Below are positions 12,201-21,461 of a DNA stretch of 64,000 nucleotides, in pieces. Source of the DNA: Cladosporium halotolerans (taxonomy: Eukaryota); contig NW_027191457.1 of the NCBI RefSeq assembly GCF_011745625.1, positions 62,001 to 126,000 of the forward strand, read 5' to 3'. How positions within the stretch are numbered: the first letter of the stretch is position 1; each line of letters begins with the position of its first letter. The notes beneath the pieces were generated by a model that was given only the letters and a program-made list of their open reading frames with translations, made no database searches and was not told the DNA's origin. A program made the position numbers and the translations under genes.

Positions 12201-12392
12201 AGAGAGAGCAAAATGCCTAGCTATGGCGGCGGACTGATCAACGTCGTCGCTGCGCTTAGGGCTAGATTTGTGCTGGAGAAGAGTAAAGAGGAAGCGAGAG
12301 AATGGGTGGAGGACCTGGTCGCGAAGAGTGTGGGAAGCTACTACACGAGGCTTTACGACACCTTCCAATACAGGACGCAAGGCATATACTGA
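9256..12392 (+). CDS. PIK1: Phosphatidylinositol 4-kinase type III-beta. Exons 9256-9335, 9423-9609, 9669-12392
   Basis: N-terminus MSWNLLERFIESEHF..|RYASHVGIHY..EFFLPQL. Kinase motifs IVKTGDDLRQE, LKDRHNGNIL, HIDFGF and FEAAPFKLT; C-terminus YDTFQYRTQGIY. Both introns are canonical (GTGAGT/GCTAAC/CAG and GTAAGT/GCTAAG/CAG). Confidence 0.96.
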
Positions 12393-12681
12393 TGTGTGTT
12401 GGATGTTGGTAGGATTGAAACGGAATTACGATACTTCCACGACCTTATGACCCGTGCCTCCTTCATCCTGGCCTAGTCCCCTTTCAGCGTTCTCAATACT
12501 AACAAATCCAGACCCCTCAAAGACTACCTGCGGCCCGTCGAATGCTCGGGGTCGGCCTTGTCGCTGCCTGCCTTGGTGAACCGCTGCGTGAGATTCGCTC
12601 AATCTTCTTGTGCTTGTTCCATGAACGTCCTCCGCGAAGTCTCTCAGCCTTGCAAACAAGCTCAGGAACAACCATCATCAC

Positions 12682-13848
12682 CTACTCGATATCCTCCCTC
12701 TCCAACTTCGCCATCTCCTCTTCTCCCACGAGCCCCAGAACATATTGCTTATCCTCTTTCGAAAGATCCTCAAACCTTGCCTCCAGCGTCTCCCCCACCT
12801 CTCCAACAAGCTGAACAACGCCGGGCCTGACACCCACAAACTCACCTCTCAAACCCCCGCTCCACACCCTCATCTGCACGCCGCGGTCGTTCATCGCCTG
12901 GAAAACCCTCACCATTCTCTTTTCCGCAACTCCACAGATTTTCTCCGCCTCGTCGGATAGTGGCTCGGTCACCACGGCGTTGAAAACGTGCTGCACTTCT
13001 TCCACCGTCAGATGTTCCTGCTCCGCGAACGGAACAGGGTCGAAATTCTCGCGCAAGTGGTTGGCGAGACGGGTGTAGCGAGCCGCGGGCCAGCGGCGCC
13101 AGAAAGGCGGTTTGATGCAGAATTGCTTCGGATCCCTGAGTTTCGTGTTTGAGTCCGGCGAGACATAGGTGGGCACATAGCGGGGAGATATGGCCGGGAT
13201 GTTGGCCAGGGAGGAGGGTGTTGCTGCGCTTGAGACTGGCTCGTTCGCCATCGGTCTGTTGGGTGTAAAGACTTGAGTTGCTGGCGGAGTGATAGTAGCG
13301 ATCGCATTTGGGTCAGTTTGCGCATGTGGGCGGCCCTGTGGTTTTGTGGTGTTGAGCGGCTTGTTTGGTTTGCGCGTTGGCGTCTCCTGCGCTGTTTGTG
13401 GTAGCTTCGGAGGTGTCTTGCTTGAACAAAGAGATTGCTCTGTGATTTTGTGGGAATCGCTTGGAACTGGTCTTGCTGTCATGCTAGGTGATGTTTCATT
13501 GGTAACTGGAGGGTCAAAGATCGATGCGCTCGAAGGGAGCCGGAAGGCCTGTTCTCTGCCGCTTGCTGGAGTTGCCTTCGTGAACAGGCTCCGCCTCACT
13601 GGTTTGCGCCCTGCAATCGTACTGAAGTCTACCAGGGTCGGTCTGACCAGGTTAATTCCAAGCGGAGTCGTCGCATCGTTTGTTGATGTCGGATGTTTGC
13701 CATCGCGCTCCTTATCATTGTCTTCACCTGCGTCTCTGCGTTTGCGCTTTGGCGCTGTTGGTGTGCTCACTACCGTCAATCGGTTTGTCGGAGTTTGAAC
13801 GGGCGATTCTGGAGGAGATCCAGGAATGTCGGAAACGTCGATGTCCAT
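12682..13848 (-). CDS. Hypothetical protein with a disordered P/T-rich N-half and a C-terminal SHD1-like domain
   Basis: 388-aa ATG-initiated ORF with an NLS-like PKRKRR and a structured-looking C-terminal region of about 150 aa. Confidence 0.8.
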   Translation of the reverse strand: MDIDVSDIPGSPPESPVQTPTNRLTVVSTPTAPKRKRRDAGEDNDKERDGKHPTSTNDATTPLGINLVRPTLVDFSTIAGRKPVRRSLFTKATPASGREQAFRLPSSASIFDPPVTNETSPSMTARPVPSDSHKITEQSLCSSKTPPKLPQTAQETPTRKPNKPLNTTKPQGRPHAQTDPNAIATITPPATQVFTPNRPMANEPVSSAATPSSLANIPAISPRYVPTYVSPDSNTKLRDPKQFCIKPPFWRRWPAARYTRLANHLRENFDPVPFAEQEHLTVEEVQHVFNAVVTEPLSDEAEKICGVAEKRMVRVFQAMNDRGVQMRVWSGGLRGEFVGVRPGVVQLVGEVGETLEARFEDLSKEDKQYVLGLVGEEEMAKLEREDIE

Positions 13849-14145
13849 GGTTCTTGATGGTCAATGGCGCTTTGGTGAGGCACGGCGCTGAACTCTGCGC
13901 CTGGGATATGTGGATGTAGTGATAAAACTCGAATGCAAACGATTTTCGATAACGTGGTGATGTTGCAGTGTCGTTGCGGTAACGGTAGGATGAAAACAGA
14001 GTTTATTCGAAAGGTTGGACTTGCAATTGTTATTGTTGTTATTGTTTTCATGTATGGTCACTCACTTCACTTCACTACTCGCGCTTGTGGCGGGCGCTCC
14101 CGTTCTCGTAGCCGTGCCCAGATCTTCTGACACCTATTCTCCCTA

Positions 14146-15162
14146 CTACTGCTGCGCATCTACTGTCATTTGCTGGGTGGAGTCGGCAAAGAGCTCACAT
14201 GTCGAGACAAATCCCCAGGACTTCCCAGCGTTGTACTCGATACAGTTCTGCGCATACTCCGGCGAAGTCGTGCCGGCTCCATCTTTCAAAAGCACGCAGT
14301 CGTATCCTTTCGAAAAAGCATCCTGCAACGTCCCGCCAACGCACTGATCAGTGTTGACTCCTGTAAACAACAGTGAACGAATGCCTTCTCGTTCCAGAAA
14401 GTCGTCCAGCTGCGTCTTCTCGCCCCAAAGAGCCGACATGCGATTCTTGTGAATCCAGACATCCGGCCTCTTCGCCAATACCCTGCCCTCCTCGAACATT
14501 CCTTTCAAAGGCCCATACAGCCCAGCATTCCACTGATCCCTCATCAGCAACCTCCCAGCATCAACCTTCCCACCCGTAACCGGATCCTCTAGCATCCCGC
14601 ACCAACTCCCCAACCCCTTATAAACTTTCGCATCCTTCCCGCCCTCGACCACAACATCCACGCCGCTCTCTTTCTCGCCATCAACCCCATCCCCTTTCTC
14701 CCCGAACACCGCATCCTTCCCTCCACCACCACCGCCTTTAACAACCTCCTTCTCCCCCACAACCTCAAACCCAAAAGTCCTCTTAATAGCCGGCGGCATC
14801 CTCTCCAACTCATCCTCCGACAACCCCCAGTTGACCCACACAACCCTGACGCCCGCTTTCCTCGCAGCCGGCACCGCTCGCTCAGCGACTTGCTTCAGCG
14901 CGCGGTGGCCCGCGCCTTGGACGTCGCGGCCGAAAGCGGGTGAGAGGAAGAAGTTCTGCATGTCGATCACGATCAGGGCGGTTTTGGCTGGGTCGAGAGC
15001 GATGGGGGCGGAAGATGTTGTTGGGAGGGTGAGGCGCGGATGGATGGGTGGAGAGCTTGGGTGCGGTGGATGAGTGAGGTCGAAGCCGGTTGCGGAGGAG
15101 TAGAGCCAGAAGTTGGAGGGGGAGCCGATTGTGGCGGCGGAGGGGATTTTTGTCGTTGTCAT
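14146..15162 (-). CDS. Isochorismatase-family cysteine hydrolase
   Basis: Catalytic triad motifs ALIVIDMQN (D), HKNRMSA (K) and GVNTDQCV (C), followed by DAFSKGYDCVLLKD. Confidence 0.93.
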   Translation of the reverse strand: MTTTKIPSAATIGSPSNFWLYSSATGFDLTHPPHPSSPPIHPRLTLPTTSSAPIALDPAKTALIVIDMQNFFLSPAFGRDVQGAGHRALKQVAERAVPAARKAGVRVVWVNWGLSEDELERMPPAIKRTFGFEVVGEKEVVKGGGGGGKDAVFGEKGDGVDGEKESGVDVVVEGGKDAKVYKGLGSWCGMLEDPVTGGKVDAGRLLMRDQWNAGLYGPLKGMFEEGRVLAKRPDVWIHKNRMSALWGEKTQLDDFLEREGIRSLLFTGVNTDQCVGGTLQDAFSKGYDCVLLKDGAGTTSPEYAQNCIEYNAGKSWGFVSTCELFADSTQQMTVDAQQ

Positions 15163-15845
15163 TGTTCGGGAAGTTGGCTGATGTTGAGGGAATTGAGAGC
15201 TGTTTAGGCGTCCTTTCGACGAGAGGATGTCTTTCTCTCGACGGATCTGCCGTGAGCTTTGTGTGTCTTTCTTAGGATAAATTGAACGCTATGCTTGTAT
15301 TCCTTCTCTCACATGGGAAGCAAGCGCAGTACTGTAAGTCAACGGCTCCAGAATTGGGCGCAGGAAGATTTAAGGTCGATACGTTCAATGGTCCGAAGCG
15401 TCTGGTTTGAGAATGAGTGGTCATAAGTACATGTCTTTCTTATTCCGCAAGCTTCACCGCGGTATACTTAACGAAATGTCTCTAGCCTCGCCTATCTGCA
15501 ATCGCAACGATCGTCACTACGGAGGCTCATAGCCGCAACTCGTGCGGGGCAATCGATACTTTTGATAAGCACGACGCGATCGAGCTTCCTTTTTCGGCTT
15601 CTCGAGGTGGGGCAGCCGCGTTACATGTCGATGAAAGACGAATGGCACGTGAAACAAATATGACAAGAATTTGGTTTCTCCGTACATCTCTGACTACTCA
15701 AATCAGCCAACCACCAAGCCGCGTAGGATTGATCGCACCTACTTCGCAGCTTGGTTGTGAGCTCGTCTCCTCCAAACACCGTTTCCCCATCGGTCCATTC
15801 ATTCGCTTCTTACGATTGCCCGTCACACAAGCAGTAGTGTAGCCT

Positions 15846-17672
15846 TCAAGCAATCGCATCAAGCGCGCAAACACCTTCCTCAGTACCAAACACCCTCAGA
15901 CGATTCCCGTAGACCCTCCAGAAATCCCCGCCGAATCTCGGCATACCACCCTCGATTCCGCGCGAAGTCCGTTCATCGACGAACTTCTTCTTCCAGCTCA
16001 TCGAGAATGGGTCGTCAGCGTTCTCGGGGCCGAGTGTTGGATCGCCGCCAGACTTCCAAGCACCTCCGAGAGAGGAGGGGACGAAAGACTCGGCCTTTGG
16101 AGAGAGCGAGAGGCCGGGGCTCGATGTGCGAGGTTTGTCGCTGACCGTACCAGGAATTGGGAGTGAAGATGCGGCAGGAGTCGACTTCGGTGACTTGCTG
16201 GCGTCGGACGGTCCGCCATTCAAAGTCAATGCTTTGACGGCGGCCGAGAGCAGGCTTTTGCCTGTACCAACGGCGGCGCCGACGGGGCCAGCAGAGTCAG
16301 ATCGATCGTCAACCTTGACGCCTCCTTGGCCGAGGTCGTCCATGTCGTCTACGTATGCTCCCTCGCGTTCGAGTTTCATAGAGAGGCGCACGGCCACTTG
16401 AGCGGTTAGGTAGCTGTCGAAACCGGCCTCATGGAAGACTTCGACGTCTTTGTATTTGCTGTGCAGCTCATCCAAGACATCCAATTGCTTTTCCTGGTAG
16501 GCGAGTTGTCGGGCGATTTCTTCGAGTGAGGAAGCAGGGTTGATATCGCCGCAATTGTGGGTGGCCATATATTTGGTGTCGACAATGGTAGGCCAGCGCT
16601 TGTGGATCTCCTTCGAGAATTCATGTACGGTTGCAGGTAGATCGCCGATAAATGCTTTGTATAGATACACGAGATCAAGGAAGCAGTTGTGGCCTACCAA
16701 CACTCGGGGACGGTTGCGAAGAGCGGCATGTGCACGGTTAAATCTCGCTCTGTAATCGTGAAGATCCGCGAACACTGGGTCGCCAGTGATTGGGTCCGTC
16801 GCAGCCAAAGAGAGATCCAGTTTCCGAATGTCGTTGCCAAGTAGAGCTTCCATCACCCAGCGGAAGCCTTTCTGACGTCCAATGCGTTCGTCCAGGTCTG
16901 CCTTTCGTCCTGCCGTGATGCGTGCCTCACGCTCTGCATCGAAGTGGACAATTTGAACGAAGCCGCGCTTGGAAAAGGTGACCAGTTTGGGGTATTCGGC
17001 ACGTATGAGCTGGTGAACCAGACGCTTCTCATAGCGAGTCAATTCGGCCGGCGGTATGCCGTCTAGCTCTATTTCAGCACCTACTGGGCCAATGTTCAGG
17101 TAGTCAGAAGCTGCCGCGTCAGAGAGCCAAGTGTTGACTTCGTCGCGAATGCGCTGCAGCAAAGCGAGAGATTCGACGTCGGTGTCCTTGATCTGCAAGT
17201 CGGCAATGGCATCCTTCTTTTGCCTATTCTCATGCCTTTCGCGTGCCTCCTTGGACTCCTTGCGAGAAAGATAGGGCACGCCAACATTGAATGGTTTGCT
17301 GAAGTCGAAGCCGACCCTCTTGAGGAAGTCGACAGCGCTGGTGCTGAACGCGAAGTCCCTCTCTACATCCAGGCCTTGCACGTCAATGAGCGGGCTGAGC
17401 TCGAAGTTGTACGGCTTGGCAATGTATTTGCCGGTATCCACATCTTCACGTATGCAAGTCAACCCAACTTGTAGAATTGAGTATTTCTCGGCGGCCTCTT
17501 TGACTTCCTGATAGCGCTCCTGCAGCGAAGGTCGGCCCACGCGGCGATTGGCAGAAGCCTGCTTTACCGGCACGCCAGAAAGCTCGAGGTCGAACGCGAC
17601 GAAGTAGCTCTCGGATATGTCGGTGAGGATGTCGAGGATGAGAGGGTAGAAGGAGGTTTTGGTGACGTCCAT
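15846..17672 (-). CDS. CAF1-family ribonuclease (PARN-like deadenylase) with an R3H-like insertion
   Basis: DEDDh motifs FVAFDLELSG, GHNCFLD, DTKY and HEAGFDSYLT. R3H-like segment YEKRLVHQLIR. Confidence 0.93.
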   Translation of the reverse strand: MDVTKTSFYPLILDILTDISESYFVAFDLELSGVPVKQASANRRVGRPSLQERYQEVKEAAEKYSILQVGLTCIREDVDTGKYIAKPYNFELSPLIDVQGLDVERDFAFSTSAVDFLKRVGFDFSKPFNVGVPYLSRKESKEARERHENRQKKDAIADLQIKDTDVESLALLQRIRDEVNTWLSDAAASDYLNIGPVGAEIELDGIPPAELTRYEKRLVHQLIRAEYPKLVTFSKRGFVQIVHFDAEREARITAGRKADLDERIGRQKGFRWVMEALLGNDIRKLDLSLAATDPITGDPVFADLHDYRARFNRAHAALRNRPRVLVGHNCFLDLVYLYKAFIGDLPATVHEFSKEIHKRWPTIVDTKYMATHNCGDINPASSLEEIARQLAYQEKQLDVLDELHSKYKDVEVFHEAGFDSYLTAQVAVRLSMKLEREGAYVDDMDDLGQGGVKVDDRSDSAGPVGAAVGTGKSLLSAAVKALTLNGGPSDASKSPKSTPAASSLPIPGTVSDKPRTSSPGLSLSPKAESFVPSSLGGAWKSGGDPTLGPENADDPFSMSWKKKFVDERTSRGIEGGMPRFGGDFWRVYGNRLRVFGTEEGVCALDAIA

Positions 17673-18330
17673 GGCGGACAGGAGGGGTGTTCAGGGCGGA
17701 CTGCGGCGTGCACGTGTCCTCATTCCCGCAGCGGAGTGAGGAAGTTGTTATGTCGAGGCCGGTTCAGCAATGTGAGGGGAAGGTCGAGTTTGTTGAGAAG
17801 GGATGAATGTTGATATGGAGGTTGAGGAGAGCAGGTGGTAGTCACGCGCAAGCTGTTTCCTACCATCGTCATTGTCAAACGCGCCACATGCTTGCTGCTT
17901 CACGGGGAGACGCTACACACGCAGGTACCCGCGGGACACATGGTTCACGGGAAGGCGCGCGTAAGTGAAGGGGTGGCCTGTCGCTGCGAGTGCACGACGG
18001 CGAACGGCTCGAGTCATCGTCGCGCTGGTCAGGCAGCGCTCGTCGTTGAAGCCACCACCCCACCACGCCTGCCCCGAGCTCGCCGCCCCGAATTGTCTTG
18101 CAGTCCAGCCTCAGGGCCCATGACGAACCCTCACGGACGACCACTCCGCGCTGCCCAAGAGTTACACGACGACGCCGCAACCCGCCCGTCCACGCCGCCT
18201 GCACCAGTGCGTAGACGAGACGCAGCCCGCCACCGGTGACAAAGCTTGTGCCAACGACACTCGGTCAGGAACAAGCATTTCACAGATCAGCATTGTTATT
18301 CGTGGCGGGTTTTGCGACTAGTCCGGGATC

Positions 18331-19559
18331 ATGGAGGGGCCAGGGATTGTGCGTCTGCAGCGTAGACGCGATGAACTGCCGCCAGATCAACTGTATGTCG
18401 AGCGGAAGCGCAAGCACCGTGGCTCTTTCGACGAGGGATCGCGGGGTTACTACATTCGCCAGAAACGACAAGACGACAAGCCGGAAGCAGCATTTGACAA
18501 AGCAGAACAGACTGCGCAACCGGTCCAGACCGAGGAACGCAGAACCTTTCATTTAAGACAGCCCACGCCATCTGTACCTGCTACACCAAACAGCAAAAGT
18601 CGCAAACGGAAGCAGAACGAAGACTCTCTCGCCACAGTCGTCGAGAAGAAACAGAGAAAGTTCGACAACGACGCCGTCACGACATCTACTCACCAATATG
18701 ACCACGATCTACAGGAGCCACCATCACCTCCCCGAACTAAGCGGCCAGGCAGAGGCTCCGCCCTGAGACCACGCGCAACCCAACCAAAACCCGAGCAGCA
18801 AAAGCAGAACGAAAGCGTCATTGCCCGCCAACAACGCGAAGTTCAAGCTCTAGCTCAGGAAATGCACCAGTTCGCCCTCGACGAGCTCGCCAAAACGCCC
18901 AAGCCAGAGGTCAAAGCCAAACCGAAACTGCCTCCCTCGCGCTCACGAGCCCTGCACCAGGAAAGCATAGCGGCGCCTCAGGGCAACCTCACGGACGACC
19001 CAATGGACTCCGACAGCGAATACGTCTACGACACCTACATCCTCGCGCCTGCGCCCACGGATCCCACGGAAGCAACGACAAACGCCCTCACCATCCCCAG
19101 CAACGTCGGCTACCTCATCATCTCCGAGAACGACGAAGACCTCTGGGAAACGTACATGCACGACCTCGAAGCGTCCGACTCCGAACCGACAGACGAAGAC
19201 GACGAAAACGGTAAGACCTCTCACCTTCCCACGCCTTCCCTAAAAAATCCAACAACAAACTGACGCCTCCCTCCCTCCCCACAGCCGAAGACTACTACGG
19301 CGCCGACTACCCGTCCGACGAGCTCGCGTCCGACGACGAGCACGACCGCGGCGCCTACGGCTACCGCGCGCGCCGGGGCTCCAACGACGAGCAGTACGGG
19401 CCGGACGACGACGAGAACGACTCCGACAACGATCCGACCTGGAGCGACGAGGAGGACTTCCGCATGATGAACCCCTTCGCGCGCAAGTCGCGGGTCCCGG
19501 CGCAGTTCGCGAAGTACCTGAACCGGGACCGGACGGGCGAGCAAGAGGACCGGGCGTGA
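18331..19559 (+). CDS. IWR1: Iwr1/SLC7A6OS-like RNA polymerase II nuclear import factor. Exons 18331-19210, 19285-19559
   Basis: N-terminus VRLQRRRDELPPDQLYV; EYVYDTY. Splicing GTAAGA..CTGAC..CAG gives the family-typical DEDDEN|AEDYYGADYPSDE and an acidic tail ending at TGA 19557-19559. Confidence 0.85.
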
Positions 19560-20534
19560 TGGGCGGTACAACACCGCGCGCGGGATGCGCTGTCTGTTCT
19601 TGCCGTAGTAGTGTCGAGGCGATCGAAGGCGGGCGCGCAATCGAAAGCGGTCAAGATTGAGTTTGTCTGCACGCCGAGGCGAGGCCCTCTGCGTCTGCAT
19701 CTGCGTCTGCGTCTTCACCTGCCGGCAGGACGCGGCACGCAGTTGTGTGCGCGCAAAGTGTGGTCCGATGTGCGGCTACGGCTAGACGCGTCGGGCTGGT
19801 CTCCGTGCTTGCGTTGCGTTGCGTGTAGCTTGGCTGCGCGGCTCACCGCTCGGTGGCGGTGGCGAAGGGCTCGCTCGCAGCGTGTGTGCGCGGTTGCAGT
19901 GCGTCTAGAAGCAGCGCGATGAGCCTTGTTGACGTGGAAGATACAGAGACGGTGAAGAGATGGAAGAAAGACGGTGTGCAAAGCAGGAGAGTGATGGTAC
20001 AGAGTAATTTCGTTTCCATGTCTCTAGAGATATTGATACAAGTTATTTGATCTGATCCACGACTACGAGCCGAAAGCGACTGGTCGAAGTTGGAAAAGCC
20101 ATAACAAATAGACAAAACGACTAGGCGCTGCGCGACAATGCGAGCGATGCGTAGTGTGGAAGCAGTGCGGTAAAAGACAGTGGTGTAAGAAAAACATGTT
20201 CAAAACGACAGAAAGAGCTAGTAAAAGCCATTCCATCCTTCGGGACCCAATGAGTCCCGGATTGGTATCTCTCCAGCTCAAAAACAAACGCCTGCTTTTT
20301 CTCGAAAGAAGATGCTTGACAAAATAAAATCTCGAAGCCCGGACATTAGACCCTTGGGCTGAGGTAGAAGAATAGAATAAAGGAAAAGTGAATCAAATCG
20401 CAAGCTCGCTCAATGCTGTCAAAGTTCTTCGCCGCTGCCGTAAAGTGGAGGGCTGGATGGGGTATCATTAGGGTGAGACAGGCCTAGTTGGAGGGCCGGT
20501 GTCTCGGGGTGGAACAACGACGACGACGAGATGT

Positions 20535-21461
20535 CTAGTCGAAGTAGCCAAGGTTGGTCAAGAACTCCCTTGAGAAGTGGGCAGCCTTGGACTCAACCTT
20601 GCCCCTGTCACCCATGGAGCCATCAGGGCCAGTCTTGAGGACCTCCTCCATGCCCCAGTTCTTGCGAATGCGGTAGTACACGCTGGTGAGGCCGTCCTTG
20701 GTGCGGAGGTTGAAGAAGGTGGCGAACTTGTCCTCGATCTCAGGCCAGGAAAGCTCCTTGATGACGCGGTAGTACATGATGAAGAACTTCTGCTCCTCGC
20801 TGTATGAAGGACGAGCCGGGCGAGGGATCCTCGCGAGGGGCTCGGCCATCATGGCAGAGTGGGCGGGCTGGTGGTGGTGGTGATGGTGGTGGTGGTGCTG
20901 AGCGTGCTGGGCCTGAGCGTGAGCGTGAGCAGCGAGGGGAGCGTTGATGCTGCTGAAGGAGTTTGAGGAGTGGTAGGAGGTAGCGGAAGAAGTAGCAGAT
21001 CCAGTGGACTCCATGTCCCATAGGCTGTCGTGACGCTTTGCGGGGCTGGTGTTGATGCTGGAGAAGCTGCTGGTGCTGCTGGGGTACGAGGCGTTACTGC
21101 TAGCCCAGCTGTTTGCGCTGTGCGCACTGCTGAAGCTGTTGATGCTGCTGAAGCTGCCAATACGCGGAAGTTGAGGCGCAGAGTAGGGGCCATTTGAGTA
21201 GGGTGAGCCGTCGAGTCGGAGCGATGGGAGGGTGATTGGGGTTCGAGGACGCTGCTGCTCGGGTTGGTAGCAGGGCATCTGGAAGGTGGGCGCAGTCTGA
21301 ATGGGTGCGAGCGCGGGTGCAGGAGCGTGGCAGCTGTCGGTCATTTCGGTGTCCATGGGCTCAGAATCGCTGTCGCTGGACAAGAAGGCGATGCTCATCT
21401 TGTAGTGCTGCTGGCGGCCAGTGGCTGCGAACGCCACGGGCTGTGTCAAAGTCATGGCCAT
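20535..21461 (-). CDS. Putative transcription factor: Ser-rich low-complexity region, His tract and C-terminal HTH/Myb-like domain
   Basis: The first ATG is at 21461 (the ORF track starts at an upstream TTG). Codon bias is strong. The C-terminal RPSYSEEQKFFIMYYR..ELSWPEIEDKFATFFNLRTKDGLTSVYYRIR has Myb/HTH-like spacing. Confidence 0.85.
   Translation of the reverse strand: MAMTLTQPVAFAATGRQQHYKMSIAFLSSDSDSEPMDTEMTDSCHAPAPALAPIQTAPTFQMPCYQPEQQRPRTPITLPSLRLDGSPYSNGPYSAPQLPRIGSFSSINSFSSAHSANSWASSNASYPSSTSSFSSINTSPAKRHDSLWDMESTGSATSSATSYHSSNSFSSINAPLAAHAHAQAQHAQHHHHHHHHHQPAHSAMMAEPLARIPRPARPSYSEEQKFFIMYYRVIKELSWPEIEDKFATFFNLRTKDGLTSVYYRIRKNWGMEEVLKTGPDGSMGDRGKVESKAAHFSREFLTNLGYFD
20871..20897 (-). 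repeat. (CAC)n trinucleotide repeat encoding His9
   Basis: gtggtggtggtgatggtggtggtggtg on the + strand. Confidence 0.9.

Noticed and set aside
12426..12684. Possible read-through or extra exon after the TAG of the SHD1-like gene
   Set aside because: The downstream frame gives no convincing protein and there is no clear branch/acceptor. It is more simply the 3' UTR converging on PIK1.
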